Positions 1 through 9,319 of a stretch of 64,000 nt of DNA are shown one piece after another; positions within the stretch are counted from its first letter, which is position 1, and the number at the start of each line of letters is the position of its first letter. Made by a program: the position numbers and the translations under genes. The stretch spans positions 804,095 through 868,094 of the forward strand of contig CAYVOI010000001.1 in assembly GCA_964453605.1 (NCBI GenBank), written 5' to 3'. The notes below the pieces were generated by a model. The model was not told the DNA's origin. It saw nothing but the letters and a program-made list of their open reading frames with translations, and ran no database searches. The DNA comes from an uncultured Gammaproteobacteria bacterium (lineage in GTDB: Bacteria; Patescibacteriota; Patescibacteriia; Veblenbacterales; UBA10138).

Positions 1-1351
1 TACCCCTGCTGGTTACCACAAATATGCGCTCAGGACTTGTACTCGTAACTGCCACGGCCACTTCAGTACCAACACCCCCACCTCCAGGCACGTTGCTGCT
101 AAAACTACCGCTGGCTAGGTCGTTAAAACTTCCGTTGGAGGTATCAAAATACCGGGGGGGGTCGCGTACGACTCCGCTCGCGACGGGTTGTAAACCATAG
201 ATATGCTGGACCGTGGCTGATACATTAATGCCTGATAAATTAGCATCCACAAACGAAGTAGAGCACGTACCGCCGAGGTATGCCCAGGAACTCGACGCCG
301 CCGTAAACTTCATGAGCTTATGACCGTTGCAGCTACCAACAGTTGTAGCCGGGTCTATGGAATACGCATTGCCCGAACTATCAACCCACAGCGCCGCGGT
401 GGCGCCGAAACTGGCTGAGGGGTTGGCAGACGTGGTCCAGCCAGGATTTGTTTTGCTGAGCAGCTGGCCCCCGGGGCCAATCGCCCTGCCGAAGCTGCCG
501 TCGGCCGTAAAAAATACCCGGTTTATGCTACCGCAGGCAGCGCTCCAGCTGGTGCCGGTGCAGCCGGCTAAGCTGATGGTGTTGCCCGCGGGCGAGGGCA
601 GGGGGGCGTCCAAGGTCCAGGTGCTTGGATTAATCAGGCCGGTAGTTTGTATGGTAATAGCCCGGTCTACAAACAGTTCGTTGGTTACTTCCACGTTGCC
701 GCTGGTGTTCAGGTTGTTGATGGGCCCAACGTGCAGGGTGTCGCCGCTCACGTAGTCCCACAGCGTGTTGCCCCCGGCGCCTTGGGGCCAGGCGGTAATG
801 CAGTTGCTAGGGCCCAGGCAGTACTGGCCGGCAATAAGGGTGGCCCAGCTGTTCAGGTGCTTGCTCCAAAAGCCGAACTGGTCCACGTTGTTAGCCACCA
901 ACCCCACCAGGTTGTTGGCCGAGCCGCCAATGGCTGCGGTGGTGACGTTGAAGATAATAGAGTCGCGCCCGGTGGTACCGCCTAGGGTGGAGGGGTCAAG
1001 GTACAGCGCGACGGGCGCCAGGGTTTTTATTTGCTGGCCCGTGCTGTCGATGTCCCACTGGAAGGGCGACACCCACTGGTTACTAAGCCAAGCGCGAAAG
1101 GTATTGGCGCAGCTGTTGTAGTAGAGCGCGCCGTTGGTAGCGCCCGGGGCCACCGCCGGATTAGCCGTGGTGCTGCAAGCCGCTTGCGCCGCCTCTACTG
1201 CCAATGGATTGGAAAACGAAACCAGCGTGCCGAGCTCACGCCACTGCAGCAGCGCGCCGTTGGTTTGCCACAAGCCTAGGCCAAAGGCGGCGGCCAGGGC
1301 CAGGGGCAGGGCGGTCAGTAGGTGGTAGGTAAAACGGCGCGGCCTAAACAT
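1..1351 (-). CDS. Secreted/surface protein, 3'-truncated by the window edge. ATG at complement 1349-1351 followed by a signal peptide (MFRPRRFTYHLLTALPLALAAAFGLGLW...). Gly/Thr/Ser/Asn-rich.
   Basis: Start codon and first ~20 codons were translated by hand from the reverse complement. The first ~180 nt checked by hand are stop-free. Overlapping plus-strand ORFs in two frames are the typical antisense shadow of a high-GC minus-strand gene. It sits 3 nt downstream of the 991-aa paralog-like gene. Confidence 0.5.
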   Translation of the reverse strand, partial: MFRPRRFTYHLLTALPLALAAAFGLGLWQTNGALLQWRELGTLVSFSNPLAVEAAQAACSTTANPAVAPGATNGALYYNSCANTFRAWLSNQWVSPFQWDIDSTGQQIKTLAPVALYLDPSTLGGTTGRDSIIFNVTTAAIGGSANNLVGLVANNVDQFGFWSKHLNSWATLIAGQYCLGPSNCITAWPQGAGGNTLWDYVSGDTLHVGPINNLNTSGNVEVTNELFVDRAITIQTTGLINPSTWTLDAPLPSPAGNTISLAGCTGTSWSAACGSINRVFFTADGSFGRAIGPGGQLLSKTNPGWTTSANPSASFGATAALWVDSSGNAYSIDPATTVGSCNGHKLMKFTAASSSWAYLGGTCSTSFVDANLSGINVSATVQHIYGLQPVASGVVRDPPRYFDTSNGSFNDLASGSFSSNVPGGGGVGTEVAVAVTSTSPERIFVVTSRG

Positions 1352-1354
1352 AGG

Positions 1355-4330
1355 TTACTGGTTAACCACAAAGTTAGCGGTGGCGGTGGCGTTGCTACCG
1401 GGCATGGTGAAGGTGCAGGTGGAGGAGGCGTTGTCGCCGGTTTCCTGGCAAACCTTGCCCGCCGGCAGAGTCCAATCTTGAAAGGCCCAGCTGATATCGG
1501 CCGGTGTGGCTACCAAGGTCAGGCTAGTGCCTGAGGTAAAGCTGCCGCTGGCGCTGGTGTAGCTAACGCCGCAGGTAACGCTGCCGGTAATAGAACCACG
1601 GTTCACGAGGTGGGTAACGGTTAAGGTGAAGCTGGCTAGGCTGCTAAAGTTGGCGGTTACCGTAGCTGAGCCGGTGCCGGTGATGGTAGCGGTGACGGGG
1701 TTAGCTGTGCCGGTGGCGCCGCTAATGCCGCCGCTCTGCGTCCAGCTGGCAAAGGCGAAGCCGCCGCTGGCTGAGGCGGTCAGCTGCACCGTGGCTCCGC
1801 TCACGTACTGGCCGCTGGGGCAGCCGGTGGAGCTGGTGGGGCTAGCGGCCACGCTGCCGGAGCCCGCGGGGGCCACGCTGGTGGTAAGCGTGTAGCAGGT
1901 CAGCACCGTGAAGTTTGAGGCGCTGGTACCGGTGCCGGCGGAAGTGGTAACGCTGACGGGGCCGGTGGTAGCACCGCTGGGGACGGTGGCGGTAATGGAG
2001 GTGGCAGAGTTTACGGTGTAGCTGACTGCGCTGGTGCCATTGAACTTCACCGCCGTGGCGCCGCCAAAGTTGGTGCCGGTCAGGGCCACCGAGGTGGCAA
2101 CGCTGCCGGAGGTGGGGCTGAAGCTGGTCACGGTGGGGGGGCTGGGCGCCGTAGTGGTTACCGAGCCCGTGCCAGAGTAGGCGCCGTCGCCCGTGGCGTT
2201 GGTGCCGCGCAGGCGGTAGCTGTAGCTGGTACTGGCAGTGAGGCCAGAGTCGTTATAGCTGGTGCCGGTGAGGCCAGCCGCCACTTGGCTAAACGCAGAG
2301 CAGCCCGCACCTTGGCAGCGCTCTAGCTTGTAGCTTGCTGCCCCGCCGGTCGGCGCTACCCAGTTCACAGTTAGGCTAGTTTGACCAACGCTGGTAAAGG
2401 TGGGCGTGCCGGGTGCCCCGGGCAGGGTGAGGAAGGTGCCGTCGGGCGAGTAGCCCGTGCCCGCGCTGGAGCTGGCGTAGCCGCGGTAGATGTAGGTAGT
2501 ATTGGCGCTCAAGCCTGAGCGCGCCTGGGTAAAGGCGCCGGTAGTAGTGCCACCTTCAGCCACGCAATTGGTAGTGGGCGCGGCCGAGGTGCCGTAGCAG
2601 GTGCCGCGCGCCGTAATGGCCGAGCCGCCGTTTGATGTAATGGTGGCCCCCAGCGTCGCGCTGCTCGCCGTAACGCTGCCAGCGGTAGGCGAGGTCAGCA
2701 CCGGCACGGCGCCCGTGGTGGTAAAGGTGAGGAAGGCAGGGTTAGCGCTGTAGTACTTGGTGTTGTCCACCGTGGTAACAACGACACAGTAATCGTAGGT
2801 GGTGCTCGGTGTCAGGGCGGTGCTGTTGGTGGCCGAAATAGAACTATCTATAAACCCTGTAGTACCACCCATAAAGCTGGTGACTGCCTGACCAAACGAG
2901 CTCCAGTAGTTCACGCTAGGTCCACAGACTGGCCGGCTGCTGTCATTGAGGCCTTTGTAGAACACCGCCTGCTTAAGCGGCGAGTTGGTGCCGTTGGGGT
3001 TCACCCTGGCGTGCAAGGTAGCTTGGGTACTGGTGATACCATCAGCTGGGTCGAGAGTGATGGTAGGACTACCCGGAATGGTAAAGGTGGCGGTGACGGT
3101 GAGTGAGCTGGCTGGCATGGTGACCGAGCAGGTGGCGCCGCTGGAGCTGGTGCAGCCAGTCCAGCTGACAAAGGCCGAGCCAGCCGCGGCGGTGGCGCTC
3201 AAGCTGACCTGCTGCCCGCTGCTGTAGCTGGCGCTGCAGCCAGAACCTGAACCGGTGGTGCAGTTGATGCCTAAGGCAGTCACCGTGCCTGAGCCGCTGC
3301 CCTGCGGGGTGACGGTTAGAACATAGCCCGTGGCTTGCCAGCCGCGGAACGTCATAACGCCGTCGAGGTCAAACGTCGACAAGGGCCCGGTGGGGGTGGC
3401 CGCGGTAGCATCGGCTACTGCTTGCGAGCCAAGCGCCAGCTGCCCCGATGACGTGAGCACTAACTGGTTGCCGCTGCTGCTTTGCCATAAGCGAAACTGC
3501 TTGGTGCTGTTGTCCGAGTATAAACCCCAGTGTGACTCCGTGGCCCCGACAGTGGTGCTAAGGTCGAGCTCGGGGTTACCCGTGGAGTTGCTGAGGTAGA
3601 GGCGCGGCCCGGCGCCGGTGTCCCCTACCAGCGCCAGCTTGGTGCCGGCCGGGAACCCGGCGGTGCTGGGCGTTAGCGTACCCACCGCCACAATGCCCGT
3701 AGCGGTAGTTTTGAAAATGTTCGGCCCCGCACCTTCGAGCGACCACAGGCTGCTGCCCGCACTGCCTGGTGGGGTATCGAAGTTGGTCCAGTTGGTACTG
3801 CAATCGTTAGAGTACTGCAACTTGCTGTTAACGCCGTCGTACCTGACGCAGCCAGCCAGACCGGCGGCAGGGTCGTTGTCAACGCGTAACAGCCCACTGG
3901 CCACTGACACGTTACCCTCAAAGTACCCGGCCCAGGTGCCCACCCAATTCGGGCTGACCCAGGCTGGGTTGTTGAGCGACTTGCCGTAGAGCGCCGCCAC
4001 GGGCACGGCCGCGGAGCCCGCCACGCCGTTCAGCGCTTTAACTGAACTGGTGCCAGCTAGGTTAGACCAAAAAAATCCCTGGTCAGCGTACACCCAGCCG
4101 CCTTGGCCGGTCGCTGGGTCTTTGGTCAGGGAAATGTTGCCGTACTGGTTATCGGGTGCGGCAGAAGGCTGCAGCCAAACTGGCCCAGCCAGGTTGTTGT
4201 CTGTGGGGCAGGTAGCGCCGTTGGGGCAGGGAGGAGGGTTTTGCCAAGCGGCCAGCGCCACCACGCCTACCGTAATAAACGGTAGGGCAAAGAGCGAGGC
4301 CAGAAATAAACGGCGGAAGCTTTGACCCAT
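1355..4330 (-). CDS. Large secreted surface protein (991 aa). N-terminal signal/TM segment. Gly/Ser/Thr-rich with repeated C-x-C containing Ig-like modules ending in 'VTATF / VTANF' (divergent InlB B-repeat-like).
   Basis: Complete ORF. N-terminus is MGQSFRRLFLASLFALPFITVGVVALAAW. Motifs such as FVSWTGCTSSSGATCSVTMPASSLTVTATF and FAFASWTQSGG...TVTANF are the same module that repeats about 25 times in the 3527-aa protein. Confidence 0.8.
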   Translation of the reverse strand: MGQSFRRLFLASLFALPFITVGVVALAAWQNPPPCPNGATCPTDNNLAGPVWLQPSAAPDNQYGNISLTKDPATGQGGWVYADQGFFWSNLAGTSSVKALNGVAGSAAVPVAALYGKSLNNPAWVSPNWVGTWAGYFEGNVSVASGLLRVDNDPAAGLAGCVRYDGVNSKLQYSNDCSTNWTNFDTPPGSAGSSLWSLEGAGPNIFKTTATGIVAVGTLTPSTAGFPAGTKLALVGDTGAGPRLYLSNSTGNPELDLSTTVGATESHWGLYSDNSTKQFRLWQSSSGNQLVLTSSGQLALGSQAVADATAATPTGPLSTFDLDGVMTFRGWQATGYVLTVTPQGSGSGTVTALGINCTTGSGSGCSASYSSGQQVSLSATAAAGSAFVSWTGCTSSSGATCSVTMPASSLTVTATFTIPGSPTITLDPADGITSTQATLHARVNPNGTNSPLKQAVFYKGLNDSSRPVCGPSVNYWSSFGQAVTSFMGGTTGFIDSSISATNSTALTPSTTYDYCVVVTTVDNTKYYSANPAFLTFTTTGAVPVLTSPTAGSVTASSATLGATITSNGGSAITARGTCYGTSAAPTTNCVAEGGTTTGAFTQARSGLSANTTYIYRGYASSSAGTGYSPDGTFLTLPGAPGTPTFTSVGQTSLTVNWVAPTGGAASYKLERCQGAGCSAFSQVAAGLTGTSYNDSGLTASTSYSYRLRGTNATGDGAYSGTGSVTTTAPSPPTVTSFSPTSGSVATSVALTGTNFGGATAVKFNGTSAVSYTVNSATSITATVPSGATTGPVSVTTSAGTGTSASNFTVLTCYTLTTSVAPAGSGSVAASPTSSTGCPSGQYVSGATVQLTASASGGFAFASWTQSGGISGATGTANPVTATITGTGSATVTANFSSLASFTLTVTHLVNRGSITGSVTCGVSYTSASGSFTSGTSLTLVATPADISWAFQDWTLPAGKVCQETGDNASSTCTFTMPGSNATATANFVVNQ

Positions 4331-4396
4331 GACAAGCCAGCGGGGTAAACGCTTTAGAGTTTATGTGTATTATGTGGAGGTGTAAAACACTTTTGA

Positions 4397-4426
4397 AACC
4401 TAAGCTTTACAGGCAGGCTACAAGTT
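4397..4426 (+). promoter_or_regulatory. Sigma70-like promoter candidate TTTACA-N18-TATACT, upstream of ORF 4503.
   Basis: tttacaggcaggctacaagtttcctatact, read directly. Position is appropriate, about 75 nt upstream of the ATG. Confidence 0.3.
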
Positions 4427-4502
4427 TCCTATACTAATTATAGCATAAACTTAGCCTTGGGGCAATGCCTCAAACCTAAACCTAGCTCTAGCTCACCGTT
4501 TT

Positions 4503-5063
4503 ATGGAACCTCAGGTACCACTGCCGATGTCGAGCAGCCCTAAGCTACCGCTACCATGGCTCGTGGCAGGGGTAGTGGTGGTGGCCGCAGCGATTGGCTA
4601 CTCCGTAGGCACGCTCAAACACCAAGGCACCGCCTCGCCCACCGCTGGCAGCGAGGTGAGCACGGTAGCGCCGACCAACCAGGAGGCAGTGGCGCCGTTC
4701 ATAGCTGAGGCGGTAACTGTGGGCGGTAAAACCGTTATCACCGGCACCATCAGCAGCCTCACCACCCAGGGCTTTGAGCTCCAGGTCACCAAACCCGTGG
4801 TGAACACGGCCACGCACGCGGTGGGCAGCGGCACCGTGTACTACAACGTTAAGCTTACCCCCCAAACCAAGCTCACGCAGTACGCCTTCGTGGGCGCCAT
4901 ACCGCCGCAGGGTGGCGAGCCCGAAATTAAACAAACGGTGACCAAGCTCACCGCCGCGGCGCTCAAAGAGGGCGAGGTCGCTACCGTAACCGGTAGCGAC
5001 AAGAGCAGTGGCGCCAACCTAGTAGCACTGGACGTGCGCATCACCAGCGTCGTAAAACAGTAA
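4503..5063 (+). CDS. Hypothetical membrane-anchored or secreted protein (186 aa). N-terminal hydrophobic helix and a Thr/Val-rich beta-type domain.
   Basis: Complete ORF with a candidate promoter upstream. A T-run hairpin follows at about 5085-5110. No recognisable family. Confidence 0.5.
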   Translation: MEPQVPLPMSSSPKLPLPWLVAGVVVVAAAIGYSVGTLKHQGTASPTAGSEVSTVAPTNQEAVAPFIAEAVTVGGKTVITGTISSLTTQGFELQVTKPVVNTATHAVGSGTVYYNVKLTPQTKLTQYAFVGAIPPQGGEPEIKQTVTKLTAAALKEGEVATVTGSDKSSGANLVALDVRITSVVKQ

Positions 5064-5180
5064 CCCGCGCTGGAGCGGAGAGGCTAGCCGAACTGTCGGT
5101 TTTTTTGTTTGGTAACACAGTGCTGACCTACTGCCTGCAAGCAGCGGGTCAGCACCTTGAAAACTACCACGCTCGGTGAG

Positions 5181-6482
5181 CTAGCTGGGCTGCTTGAACT
5201 CTTCTACGTGTACACTCACGTCTTTCGGCGCGCCCTTGTGGTAGACGCGCAAGGTTATGGTATCGCCCGGAACAAAGGGCGCTAGCAGGGTGGTGAGTGA
5301 GTGGTCGATGTCTACCTTTTGACCATTGAGGGAGAGAATAATGTCGTTCTCGACTAAGCCGGCTTTATCAGCCGGGCTACCCGGCACCACCGCCACCTCC
5401 GCCTGCGTGCTCCCTCGCACAATGAGCGCACCGTAGTCCACCGGCAGCTTCTGCGCCGCTGCCAGGTCGGGTGTTACGGTGACGTAGCGAATCCCGAGGT
5501 AGGGCCGCACAATGCGTCCGTTCTTCTGGTACGAGGCGAGCACGCGCTTGGCCACGTTCGAGGGAATAGCAAAGCCAATAAGCTGGCCCGATTGGTTGAC
5601 CGCCGTGTTAATACCAATCACCTGACCCGTCAGGTCCACCAGTGGACCACCTGAGTTGCCGGGGTTGATAGCCGCATCCGTCTGGAACACGCCCTCTAGA
5701 CTTTCAGACGAGCCTTGGTTGTCCCCTGCTACCACGTGACGGCTAAGCCCCGAGATAACACCTTTGGTAATGGTATTCCGGTACTCACCCAGCGCGTTAC
5801 CAATGGCAATAACCGTTTGCCCTAACACTACGCTGCTCGAGTCACCCAAGGTAACAGCCGGGAGTGTGGTGTCTTTCACCTGAACCAAGGCCAGGTCATT
5901 CACCGGGTCGCGGGCTACGACCGTGGCTGGCAGCTTTCGGCCGTCGTTGGTGAGCACCGTGTAGTCGGCCTCGGTATCACTGACCACGTGGCGGTTGGTA
6001 AGGATGAGGCCGGAACTTGTCTCCACCACAAACCCCGTACCGCCACCTATTTCCTGCTTGCCCTGGGGAGCTTGAGGCTGTTGCTGGGGCAATTGGCTCC
6101 CACCAAAGAAAAAGTTAAAGGGGGACTCAGGGCCGAAAAAATTATCAAATGGCATGGGGCCCGTGTTGTTGTACACCTTCGACAGGTCTTTCGAGATGAT
6201 GATGCTGACCACCGAGGGGGAAACTTTTTTGACTACATCAGCAGTGGCTGACTCTTCTTGTACTTTGACAGTGCTCCCAAGCGGCCGGTTAATGAGCAGC
6301 GTGCCGGCACCTGGAATTCCTTGGAGCACCGTGCCACCCCAGAGCAGCACCGCCGCTCCCCCTAAGGCGCCGCAGAGCAACGACACAATAACTGTTACCA
6401 CCAGCGAGCTGGTGGCAGCGCCGCGGGTATGCGAAGAGTGGGGCTTGCTGGCCTGATGTTCGCTTGGTTGATCGAGGAACAT
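5181..6482 (-). CDS. HtrA/DegP-family periplasmic-type serine protease: trypsin-like domain plus C-terminal PDZ, with an N-terminal membrane anchor.
   Basis: GNSGGPLVDLTGQVIGINTAV (active-site Ser in GNSGGP), HV..D catalytic His/Asp context, PDZ-like C-terminus (LGIRYVTVTPDLAA...), N-terminal TM helix. Confidence 0.9.
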   Translation of the reverse strand: MFLDQPSEHQASKPHSSHTRGAATSSLVVTVIVSLLCGALGGAAVLLWGGTVLQGIPGAGTLLINRPLGSTVKVQEESATADVVKKVSPSVVSIIISKDLSKVYNNTGPMPFDNFFGPESPFNFFFGGSQLPQQQPQAPQGKQEIGGGTGFVVETSSGLILTNRHVVSDTEADYTVLTNDGRKLPATVVARDPVNDLALVQVKDTTLPAVTLGDSSSVVLGQTVIAIGNALGEYRNTITKGVISGLSRHVVAGDNQGSSESLEGVFQTDAAINPGNSGGPLVDLTGQVIGINTAVNQSGQLIGFAIPSNVAKRVLASYQKNGRIVRPYLGIRYVTVTPDLAAAQKLPVDYGALIVRGSTQAEVAVVPGSPADKAGLVENDIILSLNGQKVDIDHSLTTLLAPFVPGDTITLRVYHKGAPKDVSVHVEEFKQPS

Positions 6483-6509
6483 AAAAATTCAAGCTAATGA
6501 GTGCGCACG

Positions 6510-6785
6510 CTACTTAAACAAGTCCTGTACATTGAACTTGTTGGGGTCTTTCATAATTTGTTGGTAGGTGCCCGTGAGCTGCTGGAGGTAGGGCTGCAGG
6601 TACCAATACGCTAACACCAGGGGAATAATAATGAGCAGCACCCGAACAAACCCAAAGACCTGCCCCCAAAAAATGTACCGCCGAGTTTTTTCCGTGGAGG
6701 TGTAGATAGCGCGGGCCAGGCGGAGGTTTTCCTCCAGCAGCGCTTTTACATCTGGGTTTTGGCTCTCGGCTGGGTTGAGTTCCAT
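6510..6785 (-). CDS. Small hypothetical membrane protein (91 aa, one TM helix).
   Basis: Complete ORF with a hydrophobic core FGFVRVLLIIIPLVLAYWYL. It lies immediately upstream of htrA on the same strand. Confidence 0.45.
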   Translation of the reverse strand: MELNPAESQNPDVKALLEENLRLARAIYTSTEKTRRYIFWGQVFGFVRVLLIIIPLVLAYWYLQPYLQQLTGTYQQIMKDPNKFNVQDLFK

Positions 6786-6804
6786 ACGTTAGTCACCACG
6801 CAGT

Positions 6805-7225
6805 ATACCATACGATGAGCGGGCTCTCAATGGTGCATTGCTTCACCACTTCTCTAGAGAAGTGGTGCAAGAGTCGCCACCCAGGCCTCCGCGGCTAGCA
6901 GTGCTCGTGTGCTCACGGGCTGGCGCTATGCAGAGCGGCCACAGCACGCGTCCAGCCTGACGTTCGCACCCTTCCGCTCTGCACGCCGCTCCGGCATGGT
7001 GGCAGAAAAATAAAAATTGTTAATAAAATTCCCCGCTCGCGAGAGCGAGGGTGGCACGACAAGTAAACGCCGTTGCTACCACTCTCCTCTCTCGCGAAGG
7101 AAGAGTCTTGCCCTCCCATCTTTTCGAAAAAAGATAGGAGGGTGAACCAGTATCCGGGCTCGCCCTCGGTTTACACCGAGAACACACCGTAGCGGGACTG
7201 CGCCGGACTCTCCACCCCTCGATTC
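6805..7225 (-). ncRNA. Candidate structured non-coding RNA. It may be an RNase P RNA (rnpB-like, minus-strand reading), but this is unresolved.
   Basis: A 500-bp GC-rich gap with no credible ORF between ridA and the 91-aa gene. Perfect hairpins: caccacttctc/tagag/gagaagtggtg, cgctcgcgagagcgag, ctcgg-tttaca-ccgag, ccctcc...ggaggg. Read 5'->3' on the minus strand, three motifs occur in the RNase P order. GGAGAGUCCGGCG resembles P4-5'/CR-I. GGAAGGGUGCGAACG resembles AGGGUGAAA (CR-II). GAGAGCCCGCUCAUCG resembles ACAGAACCCGGCUUAUCG (CR-V). A P5.1-like hairpin cucGGUGUAAACCGAGgg is also present. Confidence 0.3.
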
Positions 7226-7286
7226 GACTCGGGGTGAACCACCGTACTTCCCTGGTTTGCTGGCAAAAACTTACAAAAAACTGGAA

Positions 7287-7688
7287 CTACTTTTGTTTTA
7301 TTGCTAACACCTCAATCTCTACGTCGCAACCATCTTTAACCGTTTTTGAAATTTCCACCAATGTACTAACCGGTTTTGCTGTAGCAAAATATTTATTCCG
7401 TACCGCTGAAACCTCCGAGAACTTACTCATATCAGTTACATAAACCGTGGCTTTCACAACATCATCAAGAGCGGCCCCGCCCTCTTGCAGAATTTTCTGA
7501 ATGTTTTGAAAAATAAACTCGGTTTGAGCTGTAAAATTACCTGGCGCAACAGCGTTACCGTCCTTATCCATAGCAATCTGCCCCGTAACGAACGTGAGCT
7601 CGGCATCACCCACATCCACCTTAAGCCCGTGGGAATAGGCCCCTAGTACTTGGGTAAATTCCTTTGGACTGAGGGATGTTTTTTGCAT
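7287..7688 (-). CDS. ridA: RidA/YjgF/TdcF-family reactive-intermediate deaminase (133 aa).
   Basis: Typical Rid-family length and C-terminal block ATVYVTDMSKFSEVSAVRNKYF...VSTLVEISKTVKDGCDVEIEVLAI. Confidence 0.85.
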   Translation of the reverse strand: MQKTSLSPKEFTQVLGAYSHGLKVDVGDAELTFVTGQIAMDKDGNAVAPGNFTAQTEFIFQNIQKILQEGGAALDDVVKATVYVTDMSKFSEVSAVRNKYFATAKPVSTLVEISKTVKDGCDVEIEVLAIKQK

Positions 7689-7722
7689 ATGCGAGGGTAT
7701 TTAAAAACTTTACTCTGCATAC

Positions 7723-8223
7723 CTATACGTTACTTTTTGGTAGATAGGAAAGTATATCTGCAACGCAAGTGCCCAAGGGTTGAGCTGCGTCTATAGGCGC
7801 ACCAGCACTAAACTCGGTCGATTTTCTATACACTGCCCGAACAGCATCTTCGCCATGCGTTTTGCCCCTCTCACGGTCGCGCGCTATGCACATCTCTAAG
7901 GGCAGTTTGAGGGTAAAAACGAAATTTGGAAATTGCAACCGCTGTACTAAATCGTCCAGTTGTGACTGCCAGTAAAAGTTCCCATCAATAACTACCAACC
8001 TACCACGTTCTAAAACCTGTTGCGCTCGAGGGACCACGAGGGTATTAGCAGCAATAAAACTTTTTTGCGAAATGTACCCCGCCTCCAGGTCTTGTGTCCC
8101 TACCTCCGCATCAAGCACCCTATCGATAGAAATGTACTCTGCTTTAATTTCATCGGCAACTCTGTTGGCGATAGTCGTTTTTCCGGATGCTAGTGGACCA
8201 CGGACAATAACATAGTACGCCAT
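7723..8223 (-). CDS. P-loop NTPase / predicted small-molecule or nucleotide kinase (AAA_33-like), 166 aa.
   Basis: Walker A GPLASGKTT at the N-terminus. Walker B-like hhhhD block LVVIDGNFYW. About 170 aa is typical of the shikimate/gluconate/zeta-like kinase fold. Confidence 0.65.
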   Translation of the reverse strand: MAYYVIVRGPLASGKTTIANRVADEIKAEYISIDRVLDAEVGTQDLEAGYISQKSFIAANTLVVPRAQQVLERGRLVVIDGNFYWQSQLDDLVQRLQFPNFVFTLKLPLEMCIARDRERGKTHGEDAVRAVYRKSTEFSAGAPIDAAQPLGTCVADILSYLPKSNV

Positions 8224-8275
8224 ACGCCACTACCTCGGCTGCCACCTGATCTCTTTGCCTCCGGCTTTCATGACT

Positions 8276-9289
8276 TCAGGCCGCAGGACTGCTCGGCTGT
8301 GTATTTCCCCCACTGGCGCGGGCGTTTACCTCGTAGCTCGTGTTGGTAGCCTCAAAAAAGTTTACCAGTTCGTATACATCGGTAGCGGTGGACATCCACT
8401 TGGCCGGGTTCGTTACCTTAAAGTGTGGCGTGAGTCCCAGTTCTTCCAAACGCCTATCAGCCACGTACTGCACGTACTGGTTCACGTAGTCAGCATTGAG
8501 GCCCAAAATGCCGTTTGGAAAGAGGTCACGGTTGTAGGCGGTTTCCAGGCCCACGCCATCTATCACAATTTGCTTGATTTCGTCGGCAAACTCTTTCGAA
8601 ACCAGTTCACCATTCTCTTCCAACGTGGTGAGTACCAGCTGAATGCCGAACTTTAGGTGGAGCGACTCGTCGCGCAGCACCCAGTTGATCATGGAACCAA
8701 AATTCCTGAGCTTGTTGCGCTGCCGGAACGACAGCATGACCATAAACCCGCTGTAAAACCAAATGCCCTCCATAACAATGTTGTAGGCCACCAGGTTGCG
8801 AATGAAATCCTTTTTCCCTTCGGGGGTGGTGACATCATACGTATCCTCGGTCATACGCTTCATGTAGCGGCCAAGAAAATCCTCTTTGGCTTTCATGGTA
8901 GGGGTTTGCATGTGCGTGTCGTAGACTTTGCTACGATCAATCGGCAATGTTTCCAGCACATATTCGAACGCCACACAGTGGTTGGCTTCTTCCCACATTT
9001 GCTTAGCCAGGTACAGGTGGCACTCGGCTGACTTGAGGTAGGGGTACACGCCGAGTGCGAGTATGCGGTTCACAATGAGCTCAGCTGGGTTGAAGAACGA
9101 CATTACAAACTGCACGGCGAAACGCTCATCCTCCGTCATCTCGGCCCAGTCGTGCAAATCTTCTTTCAGCGGAATTTCATGCGGGTACCAGGTGTTGGCA
9201 ATCGCCTGGTCGTAGAGCTTCCTGGCCCACGGGTAGAGCGACGGGTGCAGGTTAAAGTCCTCAGGCGAAGCCTTGCCGATGAGTGCCAT
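8276..9289 (-). CDS. nrdB: Ribonucleotide reductase class I small (beta, R2) subunit, ferritin-like di-iron protein.
   Basis: Di-iron ligand blocks E...EERF..QFVMSFF and E..HCVAF (ExxH). Located directly downstream of the large subunit gene. Confidence 0.9.
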   Translation of the reverse strand: MALIGKASPEDFNLHPSLYPWARKLYDQAIANTWYPHEIPLKEDLHDWAEMTEDERFAVQFVMSFFNPAELIVNRILALGVYPYLKSAECHLYLAKQMWEEANHCVAFEYVLETLPIDRSKVYDTHMQTPTMKAKEDFLGRYMKRMTEDTYDVTTPEGKKDFIRNLVAYNIVMEGIWFYSGFMVMLSFRQRNKLRNFGSMINWVLRDESLHLKFGIQLVLTTLEENGELVSKEFADEIKQIVIDGVGLETAYNRDLFPNGILGLNADYVNQYVQYVADRRLEELGLTPHFKVTNPAKWMSTATDVYELVNFFEATNTSYEVNARASGGNTQPSSPAA

Positions 9290-9319
9290 AGGAGTGAAAT
9301 GAAGCTGTATCGGACGTTC

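Noticed and set aside
327-1534. Six overlapping plus-strand ORFs (60-142 aa) at the window start.
   Set aside because: They are low-complexity Ala/Val/Pro/Gly-rich translations in two frames, antisense to a minus-strand gene with a verified ATG and signal peptide. This is the typical high-GC shadow pattern.
6913-7119. 68-aa minus-strand ORF inside the GC-rich spacer.
   Set aside because: Arg/Ser/Gly-rich nonsense-like product with no start context. The region is better explained as structured RNA.
7200-7240. tmRNA hypothesis for the spacer (GATTCGAC-GGGG resembles the tmRNA 5' GGAUUCGACGGG).
   Set aside because: No GGGG acceptor start upstream, no tRNA-like 3' end with CCA, no obvious tag reading frame, and the motif is short. 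Kept only as an alternative to be tested by cmsearch.
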